A DNA stretch of 64,000 nucleotides from Armatimonadota bacterium (GTDB taxonomy: Bacteria > Vulcanimicrobiota > JACPDS01 > JBDRKI01): NCBI GenBank assembly GCA_043814095.1, contig JBDRKI010000075.1, positions 424 through 64,423 of the forward strand. The letters run 5' to 3'. The notes below the pieces were generated by a model. The model searched no databases. It was not told the DNA's origin and saw nothing but the letters and a program-made list of their open reading frames with translations. A program made the position numbers and the translations under genes. The stretch's first letter is position 1; each line of letters starts with the position of its first letter. This document shows positions 39,879 through 50,692 of this stretch, one piece after another.

Positions 39879-40337
39879 GTGAAAAAACTACTGATAGCAC
39901 TTGTAGCAATTGTCTTTCTAGCAGGAGCGGCATTTGCAGGGTCAACAGATACTCAGACAATTTACTATGAGATTGATGCAATTAATGAGATTAGCTTTGA
40001 TACAAATATAACAATGACGGTTAATGCCGCAACAGCCGGTTCACAGCCAGCAGAAGTAAGTGTATGTTCTCTCGAATATAACATTACTACCAATGAAACC
40101 GGCAAGAAATTAACAGGCCAGCTTAATGCGAATATGCCGGGTAACACTACTCTTAAGGTTAATGTAGACGGCGGTGAAGTCGCATTATCAACCACCGCAA
40201 ATAATCTATACACTAATATTTCAACCATGGTAACAGCAGGCGACTGGTATTACAGCTTCTCTTTTCGAGCAACAGTCGCAGCCGGTCTCCCCCCAGACGG
40301 CTCAAGAGTCGTAACCTACACATTAACGGATGAATAA
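39879..40337 (+). CDS. Small secreted protein, variable-core family copy 3 (152 aa)
   Basis: GTG start, GGAGG RBS. Conserved termini (STDTQTIYYEIDAINE / LPPDGSRVVTYTLTDE). Confidence 0.7.
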   Translation: MKKLLIALVAIVFLAGAAFAGSTDTQTIYYEIDAINEISFDTNITMTVNAATAGSQPAEVSVCSLEYNITTNETGKKLTGQLNANMPGNTTLKVNVDGGEVALSTTANNLYTNISTMVTAGDWYYSFSFRATVAAGLPPDGSRVVTYTLTDE

Positions 40338-40364
40338 ACAGATATTTTAAGTTAGTGTTAAAAA

Positions 40365-40392
40365 AGACTGTTCGTTTTGAACAGTCTTTTTT
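40365..40392. terminator. Rho-independent terminator (GACTGTTC…GAACAGTC plus T-run)
   Basis: Stem-loop followed by TTTTTT directly after the conserved 3'UTR. Confidence 0.6.
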
Positions 40393-40430
40393 ATATAAAT
40401 CATACAAAATCAAAAAAAATTAATATGATC

Positions 40431-41366
40431 TTAAACGGCCGCAGGCGCGTGCTGAAATTTTACACCGTCTCTAAGAACTTCAGTTTGTTTATCTATCGCT
40501 TCGCGAAAGTATTTAGGCAGATTGAACATATGCTTATGTGTTATGCTGTCATAATATCTTAAGGGTTTTGTAATAAGATTTGATATTGTTTTGTCTATCT
40601 CTTCTTCTGAAAGAGTTAACGGATCTCTTGTGTCCGAACAAAGGACAAAAGTCCATATGGTATCATAAGCAGGAACACGCGATATAAAGGAACGGGTATA
40701 TTTAAAAACCTGTTTTAAGGTATTGCGTATTACGGTATGCGTCCTTAAATTATGGACATCCCCTGTTGAGGCCTGCAGAACAAACACACCGCCCTCGTTT
40801 AAGCGTTTTTGCAGTATTTCAAAAAAATCTTTAGTGAACAATTTATGTGAAGGACCGTCGGAAGTAGGTTCCGTAAGGTCGCTTATAATAACATCGTATT
40901 TTTGTGAAGTTTCTTCCATGTATTTTCTCGCGTCGTCAACGACAAGTTTTACCTTTTCGTTTTTAAACGCGCCGTCGCTCCATTCGGGCAGGTATTTCTC
41001 ACAGAGATCCACGACTTCACCGTCTATATCAACCATCTCTACCGACCCCATTGTCTTGCAGTAAAGAAGGTCTCTTGCTGTTGCGCCTTCTCCTCCGCCG
41101 AGTATGACCGCGTTTTTAGGATTTTTATGAAGCACTAATGCCGGATAAACCAGCGATTCATGATATATGAATTCATCAAGTGATGTAGACTGGATATCAT
41201 CGTCCAGAATCAGCATTTTTCCGTAAGTCGGATTTTCCATAACATCCACAGACTGGAATTTTGTATAACCGGAAAAATACGTTTTGTCTATAGCGTGGAT
41301 GTGAGCTTCTCCTTCGCCCTGAGCCGCTCTTTCAACATACCAGTGACGCTGTTTTGTCTTCAGCAT
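40431..41366 (-). CDS. speE: Spermidine synthase (polyamine aminopropyltransferase)
   Basis: Motifs VLILGGGEGATARDLL-like (VILGGGEGATARDLL) and DLTEP. 311 aa. Confidence 0.85.
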   Translation of the reverse strand: MLKTKQRHWYVERAAQGEGEAHIHAIDKTYFSGYTKFQSVDVMENPTYGKMLILDDDIQSTSLDEFIYHESLVYPALVLHKNPKNAVILGGGEGATARDLLYCKTMGSVEMVDIDGEVVDLCEKYLPEWSDGAFKNEKVKLVVDDARKYMEETSQKYDVIISDLTEPTSDGPSHKLFTKDFFEILQKRLNEGGVFVLQASTGDVHNLRTHTVIRNTLKQVFKYTRSFISRVPAYDTIWTFVLCSDTRDPLTLSEEEIDKTISNLITKPLRYYDSITHKHMFNLPKYFREAIDKQTEVLRDGVKFQHAPAAV

Positions 41367-41784
41367 TGTACTTCACCTCCTCTGTCTGTTCGGATGTAAA
41401 TACCTTATGGCTAAAGGTATTATCTTTGCTTTCATCAGAAATAAGCCCTCTGTCTATAACAGACCAGCAGACCTTTTTTGCTTTGAAAGCTTCCTGCAGA
41501 TACTGACACGCTCTCTGCGGAATTGTGTTTTCGCCGCATGTGTAGATATCAACTGCGGCATAGCCGTACTCCGGCCATGTGTGGATCGCAAGATGTGATT
41601 CTGCAATTACCACTACCCCGCTTATGCCCTGCGGGTTAAACTTGTGAAAAGCGATTTCACGAACTTCAGCCTTGGCTTCCAAGGCAGCCTTTACCATGCT
41701 GGACTGCACTTTCTCCATGCTTCCTATTGTTTCAGAATCACACATTGAAAGTTCCAGTATAAAATGTTTTCCTAATGCTTTCAT
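41332..41784 (-). CDS. speH: S-adenosylmethionine decarboxylase proenzyme (class 1A/B, SpeH type)
   Basis: Conserved self-cleavage region (…VIAESHLAIHTWPE…). 150 aa. Overlaps speE. Confidence 0.8.
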   Translation of the reverse strand: MKALGKHFILELSMCDSETIGSMEKVQSSMVKAALEAKAEVREIAFHKFNPQGISGVVVIAESHLAIHTWPEYGYAAVDIYTCGENTIPQRACQYLQEAFKAKKVCWSVIDRGLISDESKDNTFSHKVFTSEQTEEVKYNAEDKTASLVC

Positions 41785-41979
41785 GGCACGCCACCCCTTT
41801 CATTTTGTTTGAGGAATCCCACCTCCAAATTCTTTAGCTGTTTTCAAGCTATGTAAATACCCCGGTTTTCACCCCGAGGCAACCGACCGCAACCAATATT
41901 CTATATCAAATTTCCATTAATTAAGTAAAAACATAATAACGTTTTTTCACTGATAAGTAAAGGGTTTTTCTAAAAAAAA

Positions 41980-42540
41980 TTAACGCAGAATTTTAGACAT
42001 TTTTTTATAAATAAGGAAGGTGGCAAGAGAGTTCAAAATTCCCTTTAAAAGGTTAAAGGGAATAATGCCCGCGACAATCATTTTAGTCAGAGTTTTTCCC
42101 GCGGGAACGCCGAAAGACGGAAAAAAGAGCTTTAGATAAGCGGGAACAATGAAATAATTAATAACAGCCATAAAAACCGTCATAAAAAAAACAGCGGCCA
42201 GAAGCGCCGTAACGGCGCCTTTTTTTGTTTTTCTTCTGTGATAAACAATTCCCGCAATAAAAACAAAACTGCCGGAAGCAAGAAAATCCATGGGCACGCC
42301 GATTAAATTATATATATCGGGCTTTAAAAGCATATAAAGGAGATCTTTTACCAGAACAACCGCAAGCCCGGAGAAAGGTCCCAGCGCGAAAGAAATAATT
42401 AATGCCGGTATGTCTGACGGGTCATATTTTAAAAAAGGCATATGGACGAGCAAAACAAACTGGAAAAAAATCATGAAAACCGCGGCAACCGCGGAGAATA
42501 TGCCTATCTTTACAATTTTAGAAAGCCTTGTGTCTTTCAC
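41980..42540 (-). CDS. ECF-transporter S-component-like membrane protein (substrate unknown)
   Basis: 186 aa, 5-6 TM. Composition typical of ECF S components or RibU/QueT-like proteins. Confidence 0.5.
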   Translation of the reverse strand: MKDTRLSKIVKIGIFSAVAAVFMIFFQFVLLVHMPFLKYDPSDIPALIISFALGPFSGLAVVLVKDLLYMLLKPDIYNLIGVPMDFLASGSFVFIAGIVYHRRKTKKGAVTALLAAVFFMTVFMAVINYFIVPAYLKLFFPSFGVPAGKTLTKMIVAGIIPFNLLKGILNSLATFLIYKKMSKILR

Positions 42541-42562
42541 AGATAAACCCCTGTTAAAATAC

Positions 42563-42597
42563 GGGGAACAGCTTAACTGTTCCCCGTATTACATTTT
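42563..42597. terminator. Perfect 14-bp inverted repeat (AATACGGGGAACAG-CTTAA-CTGTTCCCCGTATT), a probable terminator
   Basis: Sits between the stop of the 42624 gene and the start of the 41980 gene. Flanked by A and T runs. Confidence 0.5.
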
Positions 42598-42623
42598 AAT
42601 ATGCGTTGAGTGAATGATAGATT

Positions 42624-44009
42624 TTAGCAGTTAGTTTTTACTTTGATTTTCTTGATTATGGGATTAAGCAATTCCGTTAAGTCAGGTTGAGTTATCTCCT
42701 CCAGTTCATACTTAAGGCTGGTTGCTTCTTTATCTATCTTCATTATTCTTCTTAAATCAACCGGGGTGCCTATAACCACCAGGTCGCAGGGTGTTGCTTC
42801 TATTGTTTTTTCAAGCTCCGTTATCTGTTTTGACGAATATCCCATAGCGGGCAGAACAGCGCCCAGGTGTCCGTACTTTGCATATACTTCTTTAATGCTT
42901 CCTACGGCATACGGACGCGGATCAACTATCTCGGACGCGCCGTATTTTTTGCACGCTATTACCGCCGCTCCGTAGCTCATCTCGCCGTGTGTTATTGTGG
43001 GGCCGTCTTCTATGGCGAGAACTCTTTTGCCCTTAATTATATTCGGGTTGTCAATTGTAATGGGAGATGCCGCATCTATAACTTTTGCCGCGGGATTATT
43101 TTTCTTTATTGTTTCTTTAACCGCTTTTACATTCTCGGGAAGAGCGGTATCAACTTTGTTAATGACTATTATGTCGGCCATCTTTAAATTCATTTCCCCG
43201 GGGTGGTACGCGACTTCATGACCGGCCCTGTGCGGGTCAACAAGAGTAATTGCCACATCGGGTTTATAGAAGGAATAATCGTTATTCCCGCCGTCCCAGA
43301 TTATAACATCGGCTTCTTTCTGGGCTTCTTCCATGATTTTTTTATAGTCTATGCCCGCGTAAACTATAATGCCGCGTTCTATGTGGGGAGCGTACTCTTC
43401 CTGTTCTTCAATGGTGCACTTATGTTTTTCAAGGTCTTCAAAAGTTTCAAATCTCTGGCAGATCTGTTTGGTAAGGTCTCCGTAAGGCATGGGGTGCCTT
43501 ATTGCAACAACTTTCAATCCGGCATTTTTGAATATATCGCATACTTTTCTTGTTGTCTGGCTTTTACCGACGCCCGTTCTTACCGCGCATACGGAAACTA
43601 CCGGCACTTCGGCTTTCAGCATCGTGTGTGAAGGACCGAGCAGCATGAAATCCGCGCCTGCCGCCGTAACGGTTGACGCTTTATGCATAACTTCCATATG
43701 AGAGATATCTGAATACGAAAATGCGACCTCATCAATATTGTGTTTTTTAATTAAGCCTGTGAGTTCTTCTTCGGCATAAATCGGTATCCCCTGCGGATAA
43801 AGCTTTCCGGAGAGCTCGGCGGGATATGTTCTCCCCTCTATATCGGGGATCTGGGTTGCCGTAAACGCTACCACTTCATAATCTTCATTATCCCTGTAGT
43901 GCACGTTAAAATTATGGAAATCCCTTCCCGCGGCGCCCATGATAATTACTTTTCTTTTGTTTTTCATAGATTTTTTCTCCTTTCGCGTTTTTCGCAAAAA
44001 AATAAACAC
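42624..44009 (-). CDS. Cyclic 2,3-diphosphoglycerate synthetase-like protein (P-loop nucleotide-binding domain)
   Basis: 461 aa. N-terminal VIIMGAAGRDFHNFN and a P-loop-like TGVGKSQTT. Recalled resemblance to archaeal cDPG synthetase. The identification is tentative. Confidence 0.4.
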   Translation of the reverse strand: MFIFLRKTRKEKKSMKNKRKVIIMGAAGRDFHNFNVHYRDNEDYEVVAFTATQIPDIEGRTYPAELSGKLYPQGIPIYAEEELTGLIKKHNIDEVAFSYSDISHMEVMHKASTVTAAGADFMLLGPSHTMLKAEVPVVSVCAVRTGVGKSQTTRKVCDIFKNAGLKVVAIRHPMPYGDLTKQICQRFETFEDLEKHKCTIEEQEEYAPHIERGIIVYAGIDYKKIMEEAQKEADVIIWDGGNNDYSFYKPDVAITLVDPHRAGHEVAYHPGEMNLKMADIIVINKVDTALPENVKAVKETIKKNNPAAKVIDAASPITIDNPNIIKGKRVLAIEDGPTITHGEMSYGAAVIACKKYGASEIVDPRPYAVGSIKEVYAKYGHLGAVLPAMGYSSKQITELEKTIEATPCDLVVIGTPVDLRRIMKIDKEATSLKYELEEITQPDLTELLNPIIKKIKVKTNC

Positions 44010-44100
44010 AAATAGGTATTTGCGCTTATTTATTATATCAGTTTAAATTTTGTTGTAAAGAGGTGATATATTAAATTTTTATAATGCCGAATAGCTTTAA

Positions 44101-45426
44101 TTAGCATAAGACAAGAAAATACCATGCCGGATAAAAAATTACTTCTTTGTTTCTAAATTTTTGAATTTGAAATTCACCCTGATAAACAACATAGCCTCTT
44201 GTTAATTTATTTTTCTCCATGATATAAAGCAGGTTCTTCGGAATTTCCTGCCTTTGCGAATTTTTCACTTCGATCGGGATTATTTCTTTATCTTTTATAA
44301 TACAATCCACTTCATGAATTTGGTCCCTCCAGAAATATAAATTCTTTTGCGACCTCGTAAAAAGAGATGATGCTATAAGGCTTTCAAATACCTGATCGGG
44401 GGATGCACTGAAAAAATTGGCCAGCGAAGGATCTATTAAATGTCCTTTGGGATTCGAGCGCGAGCTTTCTTTTAAAGCTTTACTGAATTTGGGCAGCCTA
44501 AAATACAGCAATGATTTCTCAATGTAAGAAATGTATCTTTCGACGACTTCTCTTGAAACTCCCATGAGACGAGAAATTGTTGTAACATTTATTATAAATG
44601 AAGTGGCGGCACCCAGATAATAAAATATTTTTTCTAAATACGACGGCTCCCTTATCTTATAAAGTTCAACTATATCTCTAAATATAACTTTATCTAAAAT
44701 GTCTTCTTTGATAAATCTATTATGTAAATCTTTATCCTCTGAATACAGCTGAGGGAAGCCGCCCTCTCTTAAAAAGTTTGCAAAGTGAACTTTTATCTCG
44801 CCGGAGAACGGAATAAGTCCGGCAGGAAAATTATCCGTAAATAACTCTTCTTGCTTTATATGGCTGCTTGCGGCAATATGCGGCGCGGAAAAACTTAAAT
44901 ATTCTTTAAATGAAAACGGAAATAAAATTTCTTCTACGGTTCTACCCGCCAAAGACTCGGTCTTCTGGGTTAGAAGAGATATTGATGAACCCGAGATAAA
45001 AAACGTTGTGGGAAATTTTCTATCCACATACAGTTTTACCGTAAATTCCCAGTTTTTTAAAAACTGTGCTTCATCAAGAAAAAAATATACCCTGCCCTTA
45101 TTTAATTCTTTCCCCCTGTACTGTTCATATGCCTTGAAAATATCATCAAGAGAAACTCTTAATATCGGATCATCAAATGAAAGATAGCAAATATCTACTG
45201 GAGAAACTTTTTCTTCTATGAGCGTATTTATCAACTGATAAAATAAAGTCGTTTTTCCAACCCGCCTGGGACCCTTTAAAAGAACCGCTCTTTTTCCTTG
45301 TAAATATGAATATAACCGGGCATAAATATTTCTTTTAAATTCCGGCAAAAAAGCAGAAGGAACCATACCTGTATGCCACCAGGGATTATGAAAAGAAAGC
45401 CTTTCAATTAATACGTTGTTTTTCAT
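44101..45426 (-). CDS. AAA+ superfamily ATPase, COG1373 / DUF4143-type (paralog)
   Basis: Walker A LKGPRRVGKTTLF, Walker B FFLDEAQFL. 441 aa. Confidence 0.8.
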   Translation of the reverse strand: MKNNVLIERLSFHNPWWHTGMVPSAFLPEFKRNIYARLYSYLQGKRAVLLKGPRRVGKTTLFYQLINTLIEEKVSPVDICYLSFDDPILRVSLDDIFKAYEQYRGKELNKGRVYFFLDEAQFLKNWEFTVKLYVDRKFPTTFFISGSSISLLTQKTESLAGRTVEEILFPFSFKEYLSFSAPHIAASSHIKQEELFTDNFPAGLIPFSGEIKVHFANFLREGGFPQLYSEDKDLHNRFIKEDILDKVIFRDIVELYKIREPSYLEKIFYYLGAATSFIINVTTISRLMGVSREVVERYISYIEKSLLYFRLPKFSKALKESSRSNPKGHLIDPSLANFFSASPDQVFESLIASSLFTRSQKNLYFWRDQIHEVDCIIKDKEIIPIEVKNSQRQEIPKNLLYIMEKNKLTRGYVVYQGEFQIQKFRNKEVIFYPAWYFLVLC

Positions 45427-45490
45427 ATTTATAGTTTACAATATTGCTATGTTTTTGTCAACTATATATTACAAGAATATGACAAACCGC

Positions 45491-45862
45491 TTATTCCTTC
45501 ATGTATCCCTTTATAATCCCCACGCTTTTCTCATAATCGCTTTTGGGCACCAGAACCTCGCCCCAGTAGCCCATATCCGTCTGGAATATACCGTCATACA
45601 TGGGAACCTGTTTTGATGCGGCCACTGCTTCTATCTCCTGTTCTTCCAGGAGGCTCACAATGGCAAGAGCCTGAACTTCGCTGTCTGCCCTAAAAACAGA
45701 AACTCTTCCCTCAACCTGTTTCTTTTCCACAATTAATTTGTCTTTGGTCACAAGGGCAGTCTGGCATTCCCTGCATTCTTTTGCATGGGGCTCATATTCG
45801 GTTAAACATATAGGACAGTACAGATAATCCACATTAACCCCCTGCCACCTTAACAGACTCAT
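45491..45862 (-). CDS. Hypothetical protein with N-terminal zinc-ribbon (CPIC…CREC)
   Basis: ORF with a Cys4 motif. Overlaps cutA by 29 nt. No further support. Confidence 0.35.
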   Translation of the reverse strand: MSLLRWQGVNVDYLYCPICLTEYEPHAKECRECQTALVTKDKLIVEKKQVEGRVSVFRADSEVQALAIVSLLEEQEIEAVAASKQVPMYDGIFQTDMGYWGEVLVPKSDYEKSVGIIKGYMKE

Positions 45863-46163
45863 CTATCCAGTTAAGATAATCCCTGTTCCCTTCAAGCACG
45901 GGCAGGGATATTATCTCGGGCACCGTATATGAATGCTCTGATTTTACCCTATCTATCAATTCATTGATCTTATTTTTTCTTGTTTTTATTATCATAAGAG
46001 TTTCCGTTGATGTATCAATTTTGCCTTCCCACCAGTACATGGACTTTATTTTATCAACCATATTAACGCACGCGGCGAGTTTCTCGTTAAGAAGTATGTT
46101 CGCGATTTTCTCGGCTTCTTCTGCGCTGGAGACGGTTATCAGAACAACTTGATGCTGGCTCAT
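45834..46163 (-). CDS. cutA: Divalent-cation tolerance protein CutA
   Basis: 109 aa, CutA1 fold sequence (…LAACVNMVDKIKSMYWWEGKI…). Confidence 0.8.
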   Translation of the reverse strand: MSQHQVVLITVSSAEEAEKIANILLNEKLAACVNMVDKIKSMYWWEGKIDTSTETLMIIKTRKNKINELIDRVKSEHSYTVPEIISLPVLEGNRDYLNWIDESVKVAGG

Positions 46164-46316
46164 AAGGATACCCTCCTTGAGTAAAAATTAATCACGCTTA
46201 ATTTATTTTATAACAGAAAGCAAAATTCCTTTTAACGGTATTGAAGTAAACGTGGGTATTATACTATAATAGATGATATTTCTATTAACTGTTCAGCGAA
46301 CAGGCGGGGGCATATT

Positions 46317-46589
46317 ATGGATAAACAGGAATTCATAAAACGGATTTCCATGAAAATGAATATTAAAAAAGTTTCCGCGGAAATGATTCTTGATGATATA
46401 ATTGAAATTCTTACTGACGCCATAGCCGGCGAAAAAAACGTTAAAATAATGGCGCTTGGTTCTTTTCAGGTTAAAAACAGGTCCGCGAGACACCGCATAA
46501 ACCCGCGCACCAAAGAAAGAATCCTTATATCCCCCAGAAAATACGTACAGTTCACGGCAAGCAAAAAATTAATCGGAAAGATAAAATAA
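46317..46589 (+). CDS. HU-family DNA-binding protein (second copy)
   Basis: 90 aa, …GSFQVKNRSARHRINPRTKERILISPRKYVQF…. Confidence 0.8.
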   Translation: MDKQEFIKRISMKMNIKKVSAEMILDDIIEILTDAIAGEKNVKIMALGSFQVKNRSARHRINPRTKERILISPRKYVQFTASKKLIGKIK

Positions 46590-46592
46590 AAA

Positions 46593-49382
46593 ATGAATAC
46601 TGATTATATTTTCATAAAAGGTGCGAGAGAACATAATCTTAAAAACATAGACGTTAAGATTCCCCGCAACAAACTCGTTGTTATAACAGGTCTTTCCGGT
46701 TCGGGAAAATCTTCTCTGGCATTTGACACTCTTTACGCTGAAGGTCAGAGAAGGTACGTGGAATCCCTTTCGGCTTACGCCAGGCAGTTTTTGGGTATGA
46801 TGGAAAAACCGGATGTAGATCATATTGAAGGGATATCCCCTGCCATATCCATTGACCAGAAAGGCATAAGCAAAAACCCCAGGTCAACGGTCGGAACTAT
46901 CACGGAAATATATGATTATCTGCGCCTTCTTTACGCGAGGATAGGCGTGCCTCACTGCTATAAATGCGGCAGGGTCATAACCACACAGACCGTACAGCAG
47001 ATGGTTGACCGGATCCTGAAACTGCCGGAAAGCACAAAAATTCAGCTCCTTGCTCCCGTTGTGAGAGGTCGCAAAGGCACATACCAGTCACTTTTAAGCC
47101 AGATAAAACAAAAAGGGTTTACAAAACTGCGGGCAAACAAAATCCTTTACGACATAGAAGAAAACATAGTCCTGGACAGATATAAAAAACATGACATAGA
47201 AGTTGTCGTGGACAGGCTGATCATTAAAGAAGATATAAAAACAAGGCTCGCGGACTCCCTTGAGACCGCGCTCAAGCTTTCCGACGGATACGCGCTTGTC
47301 CTTATAAACGAAGAAGAAGAAGTTTTATTCAGCCGGATGCTTACCTGCCCAAAATGCAGTATAAGCATAGAAGAACTCCAGCCCCGGATGTTTTCGTTCA
47401 ACAGTCCGTACGGCGCGTGCCCGGAATGCACCGGCTTAGGATATAAAATAGAACTTGACCCCGATCTTGTCGTGCCGGACACATCTTTATCAATCACAGA
47501 AGGCGCGATAAAGCCGTGGAAAAAGCCTGTCTTTGACGCAGCTCACCACGCCGCGGCAACCTGGTTTTGGAAAAAACTCTTCCGCCTGGCCGGTACGCAC
47601 AACATAGCTCTTGAGAAGCCTTTCGGGCGCCTGACAAAAAAGCAGGAAGAAATTCTGCTCCATGGTTCGGATGACGGAGATTTTGAAGGCGCCATACCCA
47701 ACCTTGAAAGAAGATACACCCAGACCGATTCAGAAGCGATAAGAACCGAGATAGAAAAATATATGGCATACCATCCCTGTCCCTCCTGCAAGGGCGCGCG
47801 CCTTAAAAAAGAAGCTCTCTCGGTAAAAGTGCAAAACTTAAATATTTCACAGATGACTTCCATGTCCATCTCCGATGTTTTTGACTTTTTAAAAAATCTG
47901 AGCTTAAAAGAAAAAGATAAATTAATCTCCGCGGAAATCATAAAAGAGATAATGGCTCGTTTGATTTTTTTAAAAAACGTGGGGCTCAACTACCTTACTC
48001 TGAACAGGCCCGCGCAGACTCTCGCAGGAGGAGAATCCCAGAGAATACGCCTTGCCACCCAGATAGGATCGGGGCTTGTCGGGGTCCTTTACATACTTGA
48101 CGAACCCTCAATAGGGCTTCACTCAAGGGACACAAAAAAACTCTTAGAGACGCTTACCTCCTTAAGAGACCTGGGAAACACCGTTATTGTTATAGAGCAC
48201 GACGAAGAAACAATTAAAATAGCCGATCATATAATTGATATAGGACCCGGCGCCGGGGCTCACGGCGGAAAAATAGTATTTACGGGCACGCCCAAACAAC
48301 TGGTCAAAGATAAAAAATCACTGACGGGCAGGTACCTGTCCGGAAAAATCAAAATAAAGGTCCCGGAAAAAAGAAGAAAGGGCTCCGGGAAATTCATTGA
48401 GATAATAGGAGCCGAAGAACATAACCTTAAAAATATAAATGTCGCGATCCCCCTTGGCGCGTTTACATGCGTAACCGGGGTGTCCGGCTCGGGCAAGAGC
48501 ACCCTTATAAACGACATATTATATAACCAGCTGGCGCATAACTTTTACCGTACCCATATAAAAGCCGGCAAACACAAACAAATAAAAGGCGCTGACAACA
48601 TAGATAAAATAATAGTCATAGACCAGTCGCCCATAGGAAGAACGCCCAGATCCAATCCCGCGACCTATACAGGCGCCTTTGATCCGGTAAGAACGCTTTT
48701 CTCCCAGACTTATGAAGCGCGTATGCGCGGGTATAAACCGGGAAGATTCAGCTTCAATGTGCCCGGGGGCAGATGTGAAGCGTGCCAGGGACAGGGAATA
48801 TTAAAAATAGAGATGCATTTTCTGCCCGATGTTTACGTGCCGTGCGAAGTATGCAAAGGAAAAAGATACGGCAGGGAGACTCTTGAGGTTTATTATAACG
48901 GTAAAAACATCTCCGAGGTTTTAAATATGACTGTGGCGGAAGCGCTTGATTTTTTCAAAGCCATCCCCCAGATTAAATCAAAACTGCAAACTTTATATGA
49001 TGTAGGACTCGGATATATAAAACTTGGCCAGAGCGCCACTACCCTCTCGGGCGGCGAAGCCCAGAGAATAAAGCTCGCGGCGGAACTTGCAAAAAGAGCG
49101 ACAGGTAAAACTTTATACATACTGGATGAACCGACAACAGGGCTTCATTTCCACGACATATACAAACTGTTAGGCGTGCTTAACAGGCTGACAGATGCCG
49201 GAAATTCCGTAATAATAATAGAACACAACCCCGATATAATAAAATGCGCTGATTACATAATAGACTTAGGTCCCGAAGGCGGGGATAAAGGCGGAAGAAT
49301 TGTGGCGGAAGGCACCCCTGAGAAAGTATCTTTGTCTAAAAAATCATACACCGGCCAACTATTAAAAAAAGTTCTCAAATAA
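46593..49382 (+). CDS. uvrA: Excinuclease ABC subunit A
   Basis: Two ABC ATPase modules ([14 protein letters not shown]; [13 protein letters not shown]), zinc fingers, 929 aa. Confidence 0.95.
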   Translation: MNTDYIFIKGAREHNLKNIDVKIPRNKLVVITGLSGSGKSSLAFDTLYAEGQRRYVESLSAYARQFLGMMEKPDVDHIEGISPAISIDQKGISKNPRSTVGTITEIYDYLRLLYARIGVPHCYKCGRVITTQTVQQMVDRILKLPESTKIQLLAPVVRGRKGTYQSLLSQIKQKGFTKLRANKILYDIEENIVLDRYKKHDIEVVVDRLIIKEDIKTRLADSLETALKLSDGYALVLINEEEEVLFSRMLTCPKCSISIEELQPRMFSFNSPYGACPECTGLGYKIELDPDLVVPDTSLSITEGAIKPWKKPVFDAAHHAAATWFWKKLFRLAGTHNIALEKPFGRLTKKQEEILLHGSDDGDFEGAIPNLERRYTQTDSEAIRTEIEKYMAYHPCPSCKGARLKKEALSVKVQNLNISQMTSMSISDVFDFLKNLSLKEKDKLISAEIIKEIMARLIFLKNVGLNYLTLNRPAQTLAGGESQRIRLATQIGSGLVGVLYILDEPSIGLHSRDTKKLLETLTSLRDLGNTVIVIEHDEETIKIADHIIDIGPGAGAHGGKIVFTGTPKQLVKDKKSLTGRYLSGKIKIKVPEKRRKGSGKFIEIIGAEEHNLKNINVAIPLGAFTCVTGVSGSGKSTLINDILYNQLAHNFYRTHIKAGKHKQIKGADNIDKIIVIDQSPIGRTPRSNPATYTGAFDPVRTLFSQTYEARMRGYKPGRFSFNVPGGRCEACQGQGILKIEMHFLPDVYVPCEVCKGKRYGRETLEVYYNGKNISEVLNMTVAEALDFFKAIPQIKSKLQTLYDVGLGYIKLGQSATTLSGGEAQRIKLAAELAKRATGKTLYILDEPTTGLHFHDIYKLLGVLNRLTDAGNSVIIIEHNPDIIKCADYIIDLGPEGGDKGGRIVAEGTPEKVSLSKKSYTGQLLKKVLK

Positions 49383-49471
49383 AAACTTTTCTCTTTTTTT
49401 TATTTAAAAATCTTTGTTTTACAATATTTTCCCTGTATTTCCGATAAAAACCCCCGCATGTTTCTTTAATA

Positions 49472-49522
49472 GGTCAAACGGAGTATTTTTATATGCTTTT
49501 TTACAAAATACTCCGTTTGACC
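49472..49522. promoter_or_regulatory. Perfect 18-bp inverted repeat (GGTCAAACGGAGTATTTT, 15-nt spacer, AAAATACTCCGTTTGACC), a double copy of the shared upstream motif
   Basis: The arms are exact reverse complements. Each arm matches the motif found upstream of the small-protein family and the 53693 gene. Lies about 85 nt upstream of the 49606 start. Confidence 0.5.
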
Positions 49523-49605
49523 GATACCCGCTTTATTTCCCCGATGGTAAAATAAAGTTAGGAGAACAAGAAATAAAGAAAATTTGACATAAAAGCGAGG
49601 GTTTT

Positions 49606-50580
49606 ATGAAAAAACAAATATTTTACGTATACCTGCTTATCTGTTTCGCTCTGCTAACCTTCGGCTGCGGGAGCGGCGGAGGAGGAGGCGGCGGCGGTGG
49701 CGGCGGCGGCACCTCCAGTGGAGGAAGCAGTACGCCCACTCCTACGCCCACGGCAACCGCGGAACCCGCAAATAATGGATCATTAATAGTATTATCAAAA
49801 GCTGACGGCTCCTTTTACGCGGTGCTTGCCGGTGTATGCGATTATCCCGGCTCGGTAAATGACTTAAACTATACCGCGAATGACGCCATAGATTTATATA
49901 ACTGCCTTAACGGCAGCAGTTTCTGGAGCGGGGTAACAGTATCAATAGAAAACGATATACACGTAACTTACGCGAAAATCCAGAACGCCGTGGCAACCGC
50001 AGCGGCGAATATCGCCGATGACGGCTTATTCGTATTCCTGTTCTCCGGACACGGTACAAATTCCGGAGGCATAGGATACCTGCTTCCTTATGACGGGATA
50101 AGCTCCTCATCGTGCAGAATAAGCGAAACTACCCTGCGCGTATGGCTTGACAGTTTTCCAACAAATTCAAAAAAATACATACTTATAGATTCCTGCTACA
50201 GCGGAGAATTTGTTGACATGTCGCCAAGGGGAGAAGAAGTCCTAACTTCCAAGTTTGTAGCAATAGAAGGATCTGATATTGCTTTCAGCAGGGATACGGC
50301 AAGATCCCTGGTCGGCGCGAACAATACTTATGTTATGGCTTCTTCCGCGGGAGACGAAGTAAGCTATGAATCAAGCCTGCTCCAGAACGGCGTATTCGGA
50401 TATTATGTGGCACAGGGGCTCGGCACGGGCGCTATAATAGGTCCGGCAGACGCGAACTTGAGCAATACTATAACCGCGGAAGAGATGACCGTATATGTAC
50501 CGCCTCTTGTAACGATTTATGTGGCAGGCCAGCATCCTCAATCTTATGATAATGTAATAGGCGATTTAAGAATAAAATAA
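49606..50580 (+). CDS. Caspase-like (peptidase C14, clan CD) domain lipoprotein with poly-Gly tether
   Basis: Signal peptide ending …LTFGC then G13. Caspase His (FLFSGHG) and Cys (LIDSCYSG) motifs. C-terminus …YDNVIGDLRIK shared with paralogs. Confidence 0.7.
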   Translation: MKKQIFYVYLLICFALLTFGCGSGGGGGGGGGGGGTSSGGSSTPTPTPTATAEPANNGSLIVLSKADGSFYAVLAGVCDYPGSVNDLNYTANDAIDLYNCLNGSSFWSGVTVSIENDIHVTYAKIQNAVATAAANIADDGLFVFLFSGHGTNSGGIGYLLPYDGISSSSCRISETTLRVWLDSFPTNSKKYILIDSCYSGEFVDMSPRGEEVLTSKFVAIEGSDIAFSRDTARSLVGANNTYVMASSAGDEVSYESSLLQNGVFGYYVAQGLGTGAIIGPADANLSNTITAEEMTVYVPPLVTIYVAGQHPQSYDNVIGDLRIK

Positions 50581-50692
50581 TACACCTCGACCCGCCCGCA
50601 GATAAAGGCTCTGTGTAAAAACAGGGCTTTTATCCATTTAACCTCAAAGGAACTTTGCTCTGCTTGTAAAATTAATCCTATAATTAAACGCT

